Assembly (NCBI GenBank): GCA_977017575.1 | Contig: CDRNVI010000189.1 | Span: 1-64,000 of the forward strand | From: Paramoeba atlantica | Lineage: Eukaryota; Protista; Discosea | Length of the DNA: 64,000 nt | Reading direction: 5' to 3' | Shown here: positions 35,860-48,096 of the stretch, one piece after another | Position numbering within the stretch: position 1 is the stretch's first letter | Layout of the letters: each line of letters begins with the position of its first letter | The notes under the pieces: generated by a model | The model's input: the letters and a program-made list of their open reading frames with translations, nothing else | Databases searched by the model: none | Told to the model about the DNA's origin: nothing | Made by a program: the position numbers and the translations under genes

Positions 35860-36048
35860 GCTCTTGTTCCTTCCTTCTCCTTTATATTAATTATAACCTT
35901 TGTTTGAATAATATTTATTGAATATTATCAAGTCTTATTTTTTTCCTTTTCTTTCTTTTGTTTTGGAATGATTGGATATAAGAGTCCTTTCGGCCAAATA
36001 TCCAACACTTCGAGATTTAAATTACATTATTAGATTCTTCAATTCTTT

Positions 36049-39000
36049 TCAAACACGAGGTGTCGCCAGAGCTAATTCAAGTTTTCCCCCACTCAAAACC
36101 AAAGCCAAATTACAACAGAATGTCCAATCAAATGGAATGTGCTCGACTTTCAGCTTCTTCATCGAATTTTTGTCGTTTGCGTTCAATATTTTCCCTAGAT
36201 CAGTCATTAAATCAGACGGCAATGGTCCCATGAAAGACATTAACTGTCTCAGCACAGAAGATTTGTCTTCCCCAAGATCACGAGAAAACCAAACAAACAA
36301 TTTTGGTAATCGAACAACCAATGATCCATTTTCTTTCCGAACAGAGAATGTTCTCGTCAAATATCGTGACGCTGCTCGGCGTAGAGAGTTTCGAAGGGTC
36401 GACCCAGTGTAGATTGCAATATCTGGGCAGGATTTGCTCCCACAATTCAAAGCAAAAGATAATAATGGGAAAGATTTCGTTAATGGCAACTCACGACGAG
36501 GATCTTTCTTTTTAAATCGTTCCACTCGACCTCCTGGTAAACTTGAAGCAGATTTTGGGGTCGGGAGAGGAGCTCGTAAAATAGCATGTTCAATCTCATT
36601 CAAAGAAACCACATACCCCCCCACATTATATGATGAAGTTTGTAAAAATTTGGCCAAGAGTTTAGAAGAGGTTGAAGCTCCTCGTTCAATATAAGCATGG
36701 AGGACGAGAGTGTGATAAATGTTGAGCCAAAATGCAGCTTTGTCATTTTGGTCATGGAGGAGTGTGAAATCGATATTTTGGAGATAACATGTATTGAGTG
36801 TAAATATCTAAAAAGAAAAAAAAATATGTTGAGTTGGAATGAAAAAAAAAATTCAAAAACTCTTCTTTTTTGCTCTCTAATCGAAAATAAAAGAGAAAAA
36901 AACAAACCTTAAATTTTGGATCATCACGGATACTCACCAAAGTCGCAGGACGAATCTCATTCTCAACCAAAGAAGAAACTTGACTAAACAGCGTTGCGAT
37001 TGTCTCCAACAAATCCTTCGAAAATTGTAAAGGAGAACCAATCTCTTCTTTAAGCTCTTCTTCCCCCCTTGTTTGTGCACCCAATACATGAGGAGATCCA
37101 TCTTCACAAAAGACCAAGATTGGAACAACGTCCCAACAAGCTTGGCAAAAATAAGCAGGACATTTGGAACATTTGATTGTCGCTTTTGTTCGAGAATTGC
37201 ATTGAACACACCGAGAACTTGACTCTCCAAAGATTTGTTTGTGATGATGTTTTTCTCTCATATTCAAAATGACTGATTTTCCAGCAGATGTGTCACGTGA
37301 CTCATCTGCAAATTCAAAAAACTCAGCAGAATCAGTAAATCCTTCGGCGCAATTGCTTGAGACAATAAAACGATAGTTCATCAAACGACTTCCCAAACTC
37401 ACAGCATCAACTCGAGAATTACAGATTGGAACATTTACACAGAGCCAATCAATGAGATCAAAGGCTGCAAATCGAATCATTTTCTTTTGTTTTCCTTTTG
37501 AGTCAGATTCATGGAGTCCGAATCTAAAGAGAGGTCGAAAAGTGAGTGAGTCTTTTTGAAAATAGTGAAAAGAAAAAGGAAAAAAGAAAAGAAAAGAAAA
37601 GAAAAGAAAAACGTTGAGATCCCCTTCTCAGGGTTTTTCAAATCTTCCACAATCTTCTCCAAATCCAAATAACCCAACATCTCCACAGGCCGCTGGTCTT
37701 GTTTTGGTTCCCCCAACAAGGCCAACACGCTCTCCAACTCTGCTCTCAATTTTTTCTTCTTCTTTGGCAAAAGGTCTAAAACATTATAATTTACAATATA
37801 AAGGTGTAATAAATGATACGAGTGTTTTTGAACAGGGATCCGTTCCGGGGTAAATGGCTGTCGAATGCTATGTTTTGATGAAACTTGTTCATAAAAGTTG
37901 ATCATTTTTGGCTTCATTTCGAGAATGTATGAATTACAACATTTCATGTATCCTTCTTTGTCTCCAAACTCGACTAGTGATGCGAGATTTTGAATTAACT
38001 AGATGGAAAAGATTAAGTTTTAAAAATTTTAAAAAACCATTCAAAACAAAAAACAATGAAAAACAGATAAATAAAAAATGATAAATAAAAAAAAATTTAC
38101 CTTCGCAATCAAAACAAGAAATCTTCGTAAACTATCAGAAGGAGGATTCGCCCTCAATCCAGGAAGAGTCTCAGGAGTTGCAAGAGCAGGACACAAAAAC
38201 CTCAAAAATAAAAATCCACTCAAAACATTATGTATTCCCGCAGAAAAAGCACGTATTACAAATCGTTTCAGATATGCACAAATTTGGAGAATTGGGACTG
38301 GGATGCTTGGTACAGATGCAAATACTAAAAAGAGGAGTCTTGTCGTCCAGTTTAAGAGAAAGGAGATATGGGTGGATAAGTTTGCAGGGTCTTCTTGGAA
38401 AGAAAGAATGAATTTTTCTACCTGGAAATTTTATGGGATTAAAAAACATCGCGTTTTGAAAAAAATAAAAATAAAAATAAAAATAAAAATAAAAATAAAA
38501 ATAAAAATAAAAATAAAAATAAAAATAAAAATAAAAATAAAACAAGATCAAAAAAAGAATCAAAAAAAAAATCAAAACCCCTGCTTCTGCAGATTCAATT
38601 TCACAAAAAAAATGTTGCAAAATATGAATTAAATAATCTTTCCCCACTTGATTGGCAAACAAACTCAAAGTCTTGATCACTAAAGTTTGTCCTCTGAATA
38701 AAAGATCCATTGACTGTGTCCCAATAATTTCTATAAAAAGAGTATTTTAATAAAAAACCCAATTCCCCTTTTTCTCTTTCTTTCTCTTTCTTTCATCTCT
38801 CTTCTCTTTAAACAAAAAAAAACCTTTCCAAAGAAGACATTTGAAAAACTCGATCACTTTCTCATTCCACATTAGGACAGCCAAAAGAGGATTTGCAAGT
38901 GAACTCGCATCCTCAAAAGTGACCTGAAATTAAAGATCAGAAAAAAAACCTTTTCCAAAAAAGAAAAAAGGGAAATAAAAATCGTAGAACAAATAACAAT

Positions 39001-42000
39001 TTCAAAAAACAAAAAACAAAAAACAAAAAACAAAAAACAAAAAACAAAAAAAACAAAAAAACAAAAAAACAAAAAAACAAAAAAAAAAAACAAAAAAACA
39101 AAAAAACAAAAAAACAAAAAAAAAAAAAAAAAACAAACCACATGACAAAGATGTTCCAAAACAGAAAAACGATGACCCACCAACAACTTCTCCAAAGACA
39201 AATATTGTCGAAAAGAATCATCCCCCTCAAAAGTAATATGAAAATATAAAAGCCCTCTCTCTCTCCCATTCTTTCCTTTCTCTCCCTCTCTCTCTCCCTT
39301 CTCCTTCTCTCCCTTTCCTCCCTTTCCTCCTTTCCCTTCTCTTTTCTGATCTTTTGTTGGAAGAAGAATTTCTGATGATGATCCTTTTGTGAGTAAGAGA
39401 GCTCCTTCATTTTGTTCTATTTTGTAAGATTCAGAAAGAAGGAAAGAGAAGATTTGTTTGAAAATAAGAAAGTTGAAAAATGAAGTTTAAAAGAAAAGAT
39501 CAGAAAGAAGATTTTTAGAAAAGAAAAAAGAGAAAGGAAAAAAACCAGGGCAAATCTCCAATACTTCTCTCTTAATATCACCACTTTCCAACTCCGAAAT
39601 TGGCAAAGAATAAGAAGCAAGATGATAATCTTTCTTCTTTTTCTTATCCACTTCATATAAATTGATTATTACAGTTGATCTTAAATCTGTCACCAAACTA
39701 TTCGAAAGAAATGTTTTAATTTTACTTTTTTTCAGAAATTTTCTTTGTTCTTTTGGTTCTCTTTTCAAGAAGACCTTCATTTAATAAAGATAAAAGAAAG
39801 ACAAACAAGCAAAATTGTTCATTCCACTGAGCAACAGGACCTGGTTTGTTAGTTGTGATGTATTCTTTATCCTCAAAATGGATTGTCGAATAATAAAACA
39901 TTGAGCCTTTTTAATAAAAATAAATAAAAAGAATAAAAATATAAAATTAAATCACAATCATACCAAGATCAGAGCCTCCCAAAAGAGCAACAAACAATCT
40001 CCCCTTACTCTCCATAGCCCACACAACTTGTTCAACCTAAAAAAATAAAACATCAGTAAAAAAAACCCTTCTCTTTAGAAAGAAACCAAACCAAACAAAA
40101 CAAAACAAAACAAAACAAAACAAAACAAAACAAAACAAAACAAAACAAAACAAAACAAAACAACAAGGCAACAAAAATCAAAACAAAAATCAAAACAAAA
40201 CAACCACAAACAACCAAACAAAGAACAAAACCTGCTCTTTTAAAATATTTTTATGTGGTGGTTCACAAATCTCATCTTCAATCCAATCATTAAGAGAATC
40301 ATCAGAATGAGATTCATCATCAAATTCTTCATCCTCATTGTGAATCAAATCTTTGAGTTTTGTCCCAAACTTTCTACTTTTGGTCTGTGAAAAAAATCAG
40401 ATTGTCAGGAAATTGAAAATGTTTTATGGAATGGGCAATTGATAAACTAAATGAAAAAGAGCCTATGACTTTTTTTTGAATAAACAATTAAGAAAAAATT
40501 GAATTATTTCGTAAAAAAAAGAAATCAAACACAAACCCGACTCTTTTTTGCAAGAAAACTGCTCAAAATATTCTGAAACTTCTGAATTAAATAAAAATAA
40601 TCCAACGTTGTTGTTAAATCGTCACTCTCTACCGAATCCAACAAAGCCAATTTATATTTCGCCAAAAAATCGACCAATTCTGTTTTCCATGACGCATCAA
40701 GAAAAGATCTACAGAGAGGAACAAAAGAATAAGTAAACAAAAGATGTGACTTGAGAGAAAAAAGAAAAGAAAAAAAAGGGGGGGAAACCTGGGTCCTTCT
40801 TCTCCACCTTCCCAGACACCTCTTCCTGCTTCAACCAAATCCCTCCCAATGTGGACCACCTAAGTTTGTGATTCCATCAATTTCAAAAAAAAAAGGAGAG
40901 TTGAAGAGAAAAGAAGAGAAAAGAAAAGAAAAGAAAGAGAGAAAAAAAAACTAGATCCAAAAAAAAATAAATAAATAAATAAAAAACCTGTTCACAAAAC
41001 CCATCAAACAACCCAAAACAATCCCTCAAAACCTCATTAACAACTGAATTATTGGCTTCACGAAACTCAGTCTTACAACAAAGCTTCATCAACAATCTGC
41101 CAATCAACTTTAATCCATTTCGACTCCCACTTTCTTCTTCAATTGAATATGTTGCCACCATTGGAATAAAATATCGTAAAAAAATAACAGCACCAACAGC
41201 CCAATGTGACAACGGTGTCCGCTCAACCCTCTCAGCAACTGAATTTTGTCTCACAACTTCAACACATCGATAACAAATGACACAAAGTCCACGTGGCAAA
41301 TTCTCTGCAGCCTCTAATAATTTACTCACAACTCTTTGTAGTGAATTTTTTAGCTGTTTCGTTTTGGGTTCAATCTCATCAATCTCTCGATTTAAAATCA
41401 AGTCACATTTTGATTTTGTCAACTTCAATCCTAACTTCAAAAGCGGTTGTAACAAAGCCATTCCTGGTCCTCGAAATGGCTCCAACAAATGTTTCAACAA
41501 ACACACGCTTGGGCTTGTTTCCCTCATCAACAACGCAACTTTTTTATGTGACTCCAATTCGGAACGAAGCTCAACAAAAAAGAATCCTTCTGGATCACCA
41601 TGAAGATCAAGTAATACGGCCATTAAAAAGGTCAATCGGAGCGGAGACGCTGGAATTCCAATTAAGGTTACCAAGAAGGTCCGGGCCAATAAGTGGCTAT
41701 GTGAACGGAGGATGAGAGAGAGTTGTACAACTTCTAAAACCCAAAACGAATCAGTTTTGTTAAAAAAAAAAAAAAGTTGGAACAACTTTTCTTGCTGTTT
41801 TTTGAAGAGGTTTTTTGGTTTTTTGAAAAAAATCTTTCAAAAAATGGAAGAAAAAAAACCTTGTTTTTGAAGAGTTGAATTCGAAGTTCGTTGGCTTAAC
41901 TTCACTTTTTTAATCCCAGAGGAAGAATTTGACCTTGCCCTGGTCAACAAACCACTACTCAGCGTCTTTGAAGAAGAATACTTTGGCAAAGAAAGCTGTG

Positions 42001-44899
42001 GGCACTCTTTTCGAAAAGAATGTTTTAGATCTGAAATTCTTTCCAACGCCACTTCCATTTCCTCGCTCTTCAAATCATCCAAACCCATGACGTATTTTCT
42101 CATCACATACCCATGAATAAGAAGAATCTTTCCAAAAGAAGTAACAGATTCTCGATCATCTCTCTCAGGAATTTGGCCTTCTGGTTCTTGGTAATGTTTC
42201 CCAAACTCCATAAAACATTCCATTTGAAGCTCCCGATTTTCTTCCTCCAACTCGCATAAACTAACTAAAAATAAATCAAGAAACTGATGACCTTCCGCGA
42301 CACTTTGATTGGCAAACTTCATATTTTCTTCTTCAAAAGTTGTCCCACTTGCTAAAGCTTCGACCATCTTCGCAACAAATTGAAGCAATCTCTTCATCGG
42401 CTGATTTGTTGCCAAATGAAGTTCGTCAGTTGAAGTGAGAGTTGGGCAAAGAAAGTCCAAAAAGAAGAAGCGAATGATTACTTTCTTAGCGAAAGTCTCT
42501 CCAAATTTCTTGGTCATCAAGACAGTCAGACAAGAACAAAAATTAACTAATTGAGGGGGGAGAGTATCCACAGACCCAACAAGCATCTTTAAAAACAACC
42601 GAAAAGCACTCTCAATGCTTTGGCAAGTCGCAATCTGAACGCCCTCTTGCTCTCCAGCATGAATTAAATCTTTAATTTCGTTCAGTTGAGAGACTTGTGC
42701 ATATAAAAACGACCCAACGATTGGTCGGAGATAACGAGTTCCGAAAAAATAGATGAACTTTTTGATGAAGAGAGACCCCGGTGAGTTTGGTAAGAAGAGG
42801 TTATCTTCTGTTTTGCACTCCACTTCATACTCCGATACAGCTTTTTTTTGCAACAAAAAAAGAAGGGGGAAAAAGGGGGGGAAAAGGTGAGAAAAGGTGT
42901 CAAAAAAAAAATTAAAATAATATTTCTAAACCTGTCACCCCAATGCTTGCGAGACCATACATGGAACAAACTCCATAAAAATAAGCAACAGTTTCATTTA
43001 GAGTTGAACCATGATCAATTTCGAAAAATGAGCGCATTGCGACAGGACAAAGTAAGAAGAGATTCAAAGACTTTTCAAGAGAGGAAACAGCAGAAATTTC
43101 CGAATCAATGACCACGGCTGGTGGGAAACCAACCTAAAAAATAACACACATAATTAAAAATAATCAGAAAAAAAAAGTTTTTCCACCCCCAAGAGAGAAA
43201 CTAAAAAAATAAATCCTAAGAAAAAAGAAGAAACCTTATGAGGTTCAGAAATAGACACTCGCTTCTCCTGATGCCAACGAAGAGGAAGCAAATCAGACGG
43301 ATTTGATGAAAAAGATTTGAAATGATCAAGACTTGGGTCACTTAGTGTGGCGATTCGATTAGTATCAGCTCGAACTGTCTCTAATGGACTCATTTTTCTT
43401 CTCAATTTTGGGCCAGTGGAGCTTCGATTTCGTTGGATAATTACATCAGGGTCGGACGAGATTTCAATTGGAGCGCTAAAAAATAAAAGAGAGAGAGATG
43501 AGAAAAAAAAAATAAAAGGAACAAAAAATAAAAACACAAAAAACCACGAATTTTCGATATCAAGTAAACTCTCTCTCAGTTGATCAAGAGTTTCAGTCCC
43601 AAAAATTGCTGCCTTCCCTTCTTTCGCTTTTGCAGTAATTGTGTCCTTCATCAAATCATATTTTTGTGTCAAAATTCGAAGAAAATAACTCACCAACTCC
43701 CTTAAGCGACAAAAATTTTGTGGTCCTCTCTTTCGGTCAAAGACTAGATCTCGATCCATCATCCCGAATTGGATCCGACAAGTTTGTAAAATTTCTGATT
43801 GCTCTGGAGTGAGTTCTTGAGAACCAAAATCTTTGAGAGCAATTTGAAAATATGGCTGGCATTCCAATAAAACATCGTTTGTTTTTTTCATATCCTCACT
43901 TTCAAACCATTCCCCCATGGCTAATCGACGAAGTAAGTAAGCCATGATAGAACTCAAGTATTCAAAGGCAGGAGCAACATCAACAAAAAAGTAGGAAGGT
44001 TTTGCGAGAGCTGGAGCCAAAAAACGGGCAAAGAAACGAGCCAAAAAGACATGAGGAGGGGTTTTAGAGAATTTGTTGGACATTCTTTTCGTCAAAATCG
44101 AAAATATCATTTCTTGTTCAGGAGATATGAGCTGTACTGACCCGGTCAGGAGTTTAATAAAGACGAAAAACAATTCCCCAAGCTTTTTTCGAAATTCTGG
44201 AGATTGTGATTCGAAGGTTCCTGGTCGAACACGCCCAAGATCTTGTTGGAGAAGAGCTTTAAAAACGGTCGATAAAAGTGCAGAATAATAGTTTGCCCCA
44301 GCTCGGAGATTGAAAGAATCAAGAAAATTGGCAACAGCTGAGGAACTGGTGAAAAATTCTTTGTCATCATCCATAATTCGGATCTCGTGATCAATGAGCC
44401 CTGTGAGAGGGGAGGGAATCACAAAAATGAGAGAGAGAGAGAGAGAAAGAAAGAGATATTTGTGAAAATCAAAAAGAGGAAATGTTGATTTTGTTTGTTT
44501 TTTTTTTGAGAAAAAGAAGAAAAAAAAGTGAAGGAAGTGTTACCTAATAAAGCTTCTTGTGTACAATTCATCTTTGCACAAAATTGATAAAAAAGGATTG
44601 GGAGTGTGTCAGGATTGAGATCGGCAGTGTGTGTTAAGAAAGAAGAGAGTGTCAGAGGGGTTGTGACAAAACGGCAGAGAGAACTTTGGAGTTGAATCAC
44701 ACCTTGTGGTGAGATGTTGCTGTTTGTTGTGGAAAATGAGAAGGAATCCTCACTTGTGGAAAAGAGTTCGTCACTTGACTTCTTTTTGGAGAGCTGTGGG
44801 AAGAAAAAAAGAAAAAATTAATGTCAAAAAAAAAAATCAAAAAAAGAGATAAATTTTTACCTCATCTTTATCTTTGTAGTAGATACTATCAAAACTCAT
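36049..44899 (-). CDS. Large protein: 3 degenerate RasGAP-like domains - C2 - canonical RasGAP - DEP - Cys-rich Zn finger - DUF547
   Basis: Exons join in frame from ATG 44899. FLARFFARFLAPAL, FFFLDFLCPTL, VIFLRYFIPMV, LFRGQTL...GFLFLRFLCPALATP; C2 WNEQF...LASYSLPISEL; DEP FAAFDLIDWL...SRVDAVSLG; DUF547 KAAFWLNIYHTLVLH...SLNEIEHAILR...FALNCGSKSCP. Confidence 0.82.
38461..38540. repeat. Intronic (AAAAAT)~13 microsatellite
   Basis: Directly visible. Confidence 0.95.
40095..40162. repeat. Intronic (CAAAA)n microsatellite
   Basis: Directly visible. Confidence 0.9.
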
Positions 44900-45449
44900 T
44901 TGGGAAAAGAATTTGTGCTCCAAGCACAAACCCAATCAACTATTGAAGAGAGGAGGGAAAACCAAAAATAGAAAAGGCGGATCAGGAAGAAAGACAAACA
45001 CAAAAAAGAACAGGTTGTTGAGTGTTTTGTGTGTTTTTGTGTTTTGGTTGTTTTGTGTTTTGGTTGTTTTGTGTTGTTGTGTTGTTGTGTTGTTGTGTTG
45101 TTGTGTTTTGGTTGTATTATGATTTGGGTGTTTTGTGTTTTGTGTTTTCCCTTCCGGCTGAAAAACACAAATAGAAGGAGAAAAAATCAACAAAAAAAAA
45201 GGTTTTTCGCACCAAAAAAAGCAACCGAAAAAATTCGATTTGCTTTTTTTGTCTTTTTTGGTTTTCCCACTCTTTGAAAGTCGAGACTTCGTTACAAACA
45301 AAAACTGTTTGAGAAACAGTTCAAAAGCAAAAGGGGATTGGTTTGTCCATGGCACAACTTTCAAGAGGATTTTTTTTTTTTTTTGAAAAAGATTCCTCGA
45401 CTTTTTGTTTTCTTCTCTGGTTTGTTTTTTTTGTTAGTTTGTTCTTAGT

Positions 45450-46469
45450 TTATTTGAGATAACGAGAGGTAAAGGGCCATTTGACAACACGAGATTGAAT
45501 TGCACTTTCATACACAGCATCAGATTGAGAAGAGGGGTCAGAAGCAGATTCTTCAGAGGAAGATCGATTGAATTGGACGTGTTCTAGAGACTTCTTCCAC
45601 CCGTGTTTCGCAACATAAGCATCAAAAGCATCTCCGTCAAGTTTCAAAAAAGATTGGAGGGTGTTCTTCTCAATGGTTTCATAAGTAATAACGATTTGAT
45701 TTGAAATGTCTATTTGTCATCATTTTCAGAGATTCTCTCAAAACAAAAAAAACATTTGTCTCTCTTTTCTTACTTTTCAAAAAAAAAAGATTTTCAGAAA
45801 TTGAATAAAAAAACACAAACACTTTCGAATAGAATCATAAAAGCCAGAGACAGAGCTGAGAAGAGAGGAAATTTTATCGAGTTCTTCCCAGACTAAATGA
45901 AATCGAGCAGTTCTCAATAACTCAGCAACACGAAATAAACTTGGGAATGGTCCTTCTCCATGCTTGGGGGGGGTGGAGTTCGATAAGTTCATCGAAAATA
46001 AGAAAGGAGGGAGAGAAAAAAAGATTTCAAAAAAAAAAGAAGCGATTTTCAAACACAAACCAAAGGTTGTGGAATAAGATAAACACAAAGTTGAAAATCA
46101 TTTGCAGGAAATTGCATCAAAGAGAGAGCCAAAATCAAAGCAATCAAATCATTTTGTCTTTGTTCGGGATGAACTTGGTACAACTTTAATAAAAGGAGAT
46201 TGGCTTCCAAATGATAAAGTTGTTCTTCAGCTATAGAATAGATAATTCTATGTTAAAAAAAAAAAACTCTTTTCCAAAAAAGAGTGTCTCTCTCCTCTTT
46301 CACAAAAAACCACCAAACAACCAACAAAAAAAAGCAGCCAACAAAAAAAAAACAACAACAAACCCTCAACTTTGACAAAAGATTGGAGAGAAGGAATTGC
46401 ATCAAGCCCTTCTTGACCAAGTCGATACTTGGTCTCTGAAACAAGTTTACCAATCTTTGCCAGCGCCAT
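45450..46469 (-). CDS. EIF3K: Eukaryotic translation initiation factor 3 subunit K
   Basis: YHLEANLLLLKLYQVHP...DFQLCVYLI...GFYDSIRK...ITYETI...HGW matches the eIF3k pattern. Confidence 0.85.
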
Positions 46470-46747
46470 CTCTTCTTCCTTTGTACAAGAAACCGCCGAA
46501 CGAGAAAACAGACGACAAACTTGATACTTTTCGGGAAAAGGATTTTGGAGTCTTTTTGATTTTTTAAAAAATATTTTTTTAATTGAAATTCGCATACAAA
46601 ATTGGAAAGAACAATATTTTAAAAAAATTGGCTCGACTTTTTTTTCGTTTTCTTGCTTGTTTCGGAGAAGGGAGGAAAAAGGGTTGGCGTTGTCGAGGTT
46701 TTATCTCAAGACAAAAAGGAATCTCTTTATTCATTTTGTCGAAAAAG

Positions 46748-47872
46748 ATGAAAGATGAAGATCGAATTTATAAGTATGGTATGAAAAAGATCGAAGAACA
46801 AAAAAGAGAAAAATGTCAACACAAGACCGTTTATTCTCATGAAAATTTGGCGAGTTATATCAACAGTCTCTGCTGTGATCACTCCGTCGTTGCTTTTTCT
46901 CCAACCCACATCATCTCTTCTTCACCATCGTCACCATCTTCCTCCTCTTCTTCACCTCTTTTATCTCCAACGAAATTACCTTCTCAACCATCGGAAAAAC
47001 GAATCATCTTTGAAATTCGAGAACCAAGAGGAGAAGTTGATTATCCAGCAAATTATCCTCAGAAGACAACCACACCAGTCGTCAAAGAACTTCGAAAAGT
47101 ATTGCCTCATTACCAACACAAACCAAACCGAAAGTTTGTTGATTTAATCAATGGTCATTGTGAAACAGTTGCAATTGCCTTCTCAGAGAGGGTCCTTTTA
47201 TCTCTCAACCATCGACAAGATGACGATCTTCCATCCGCGCAACAAACTCGAAAGAGGAAAAGAGGAAAAGAAGAAGAAAAAGAAGAAGAAGAAGAAGAAG
47301 ATATTCTTCAAAGAACATACTCAGAAGTATCTCAAACCTTGAAGCGTTCTTCGGTTCCTCAACAACTCTCTTTCCTTTTCACTCCAGAATCCAGAGGCAG
47401 AAACACCGAAACGAACAAGGGAAAATCAAAGTGTCGCCAATATCAGATGTGGGAACCTCTCCTCCCTTCTGTCTTGAAAGAAAATCTCTCCGAAGAAGAG
47501 AAACAGTTTCCTCATTTTCTCCGCTCCTTTTTTGCAGGACTTTCACAAACAAAACTAGACAATTTGGAGGAGATTATTCGGACAGCCAAAGAGAATATCT
47601 TCGCTCTCCCCTTGTATGTTGCTAATTACATCTGGGATGGAGATGAACTCACTGAAATACAGATGAAAGATACAAAACACGAAACAGCAATGTATTCAGT
47701 TCACTGTATTGGTCTTGTGGTTGACAAGAAAAATGGTGAGCTTTATCTTGCTGATCCAAATGGTCCTCTCATACCGGGTGCTTCAATGGAATTTTTCCAA
47801 ATCCCTTTTGAGCCCCTTCCTCCCTCTGAATGGTCTACTTCGATCTCTCAGTATGATCGTGATCATCAATGA
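46748..47872 (+). CDS. Intronless hypothetical protein with a candidate papain-like (C39-like) Cys-His-Asp triad
   Basis: 374-aa ORF from ATG 46748; NGHCETVAIAF ... VHCIGLVVD...YLADPNG. Confidence 0.6.
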   Translation: MKDEDRIYKYGMKKIEEQKREKCQHKTVYSHENLASYINSLCCDHSVVAFSPTHIISSSPSSPSSSSSSPLLSPTKLPSQPSEKRIIFEIREPRGEVDYPANYPQKTTTPVVKELRKVLPHYQHKPNRKFVDLINGHCETVAIAFSERVLLSLNHRQDDDLPSAQQTRKRKRGKEEEKEEEEEEDILQRTYSEVSQTLKRSSVPQQLSFLFTPESRGRNTETNKGKSKCRQYQMWEPLLPSVLKENLSEEEKQFPHFLRSFFAGLSQTKLDNLEEIIRTAKENIFALPLYVANYIWDGDELTEIQMKDTKHETAMYSVHCIGLVVDKKNGELYLADPNGPLIPGASMEFFQIPFEPLPPSEWSTSISQYDRDHQ

Positions 47873-48096
47873 AAAAAAAAAAAAAAAGGATGAAAAGACA
47901 CACCCAAGTCAAAAAATAAAAAATAAGAATCAAAAAAATAAAAGAAAATGTGAGGAGAGATTTCATTCCTCTTTTGTTTGCATCTCTCAGCAGAAGGGTT
48001 TTTTTTTTGGTATCAAAAAAGTTTATTTTTGGAAGAGTGTTTTTTTTTAAAATTTGTTGAAACCGACTGAGGAAAATGTTCGACCTGTCCCTAATT

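Noticed and set aside
38078-38632. 184-aa + strand ORF that looked like a nested gene
   Set aside because: It is antisense to RasGAP exons (GFLFLRFLCPAL) plus an intronic microsatellite
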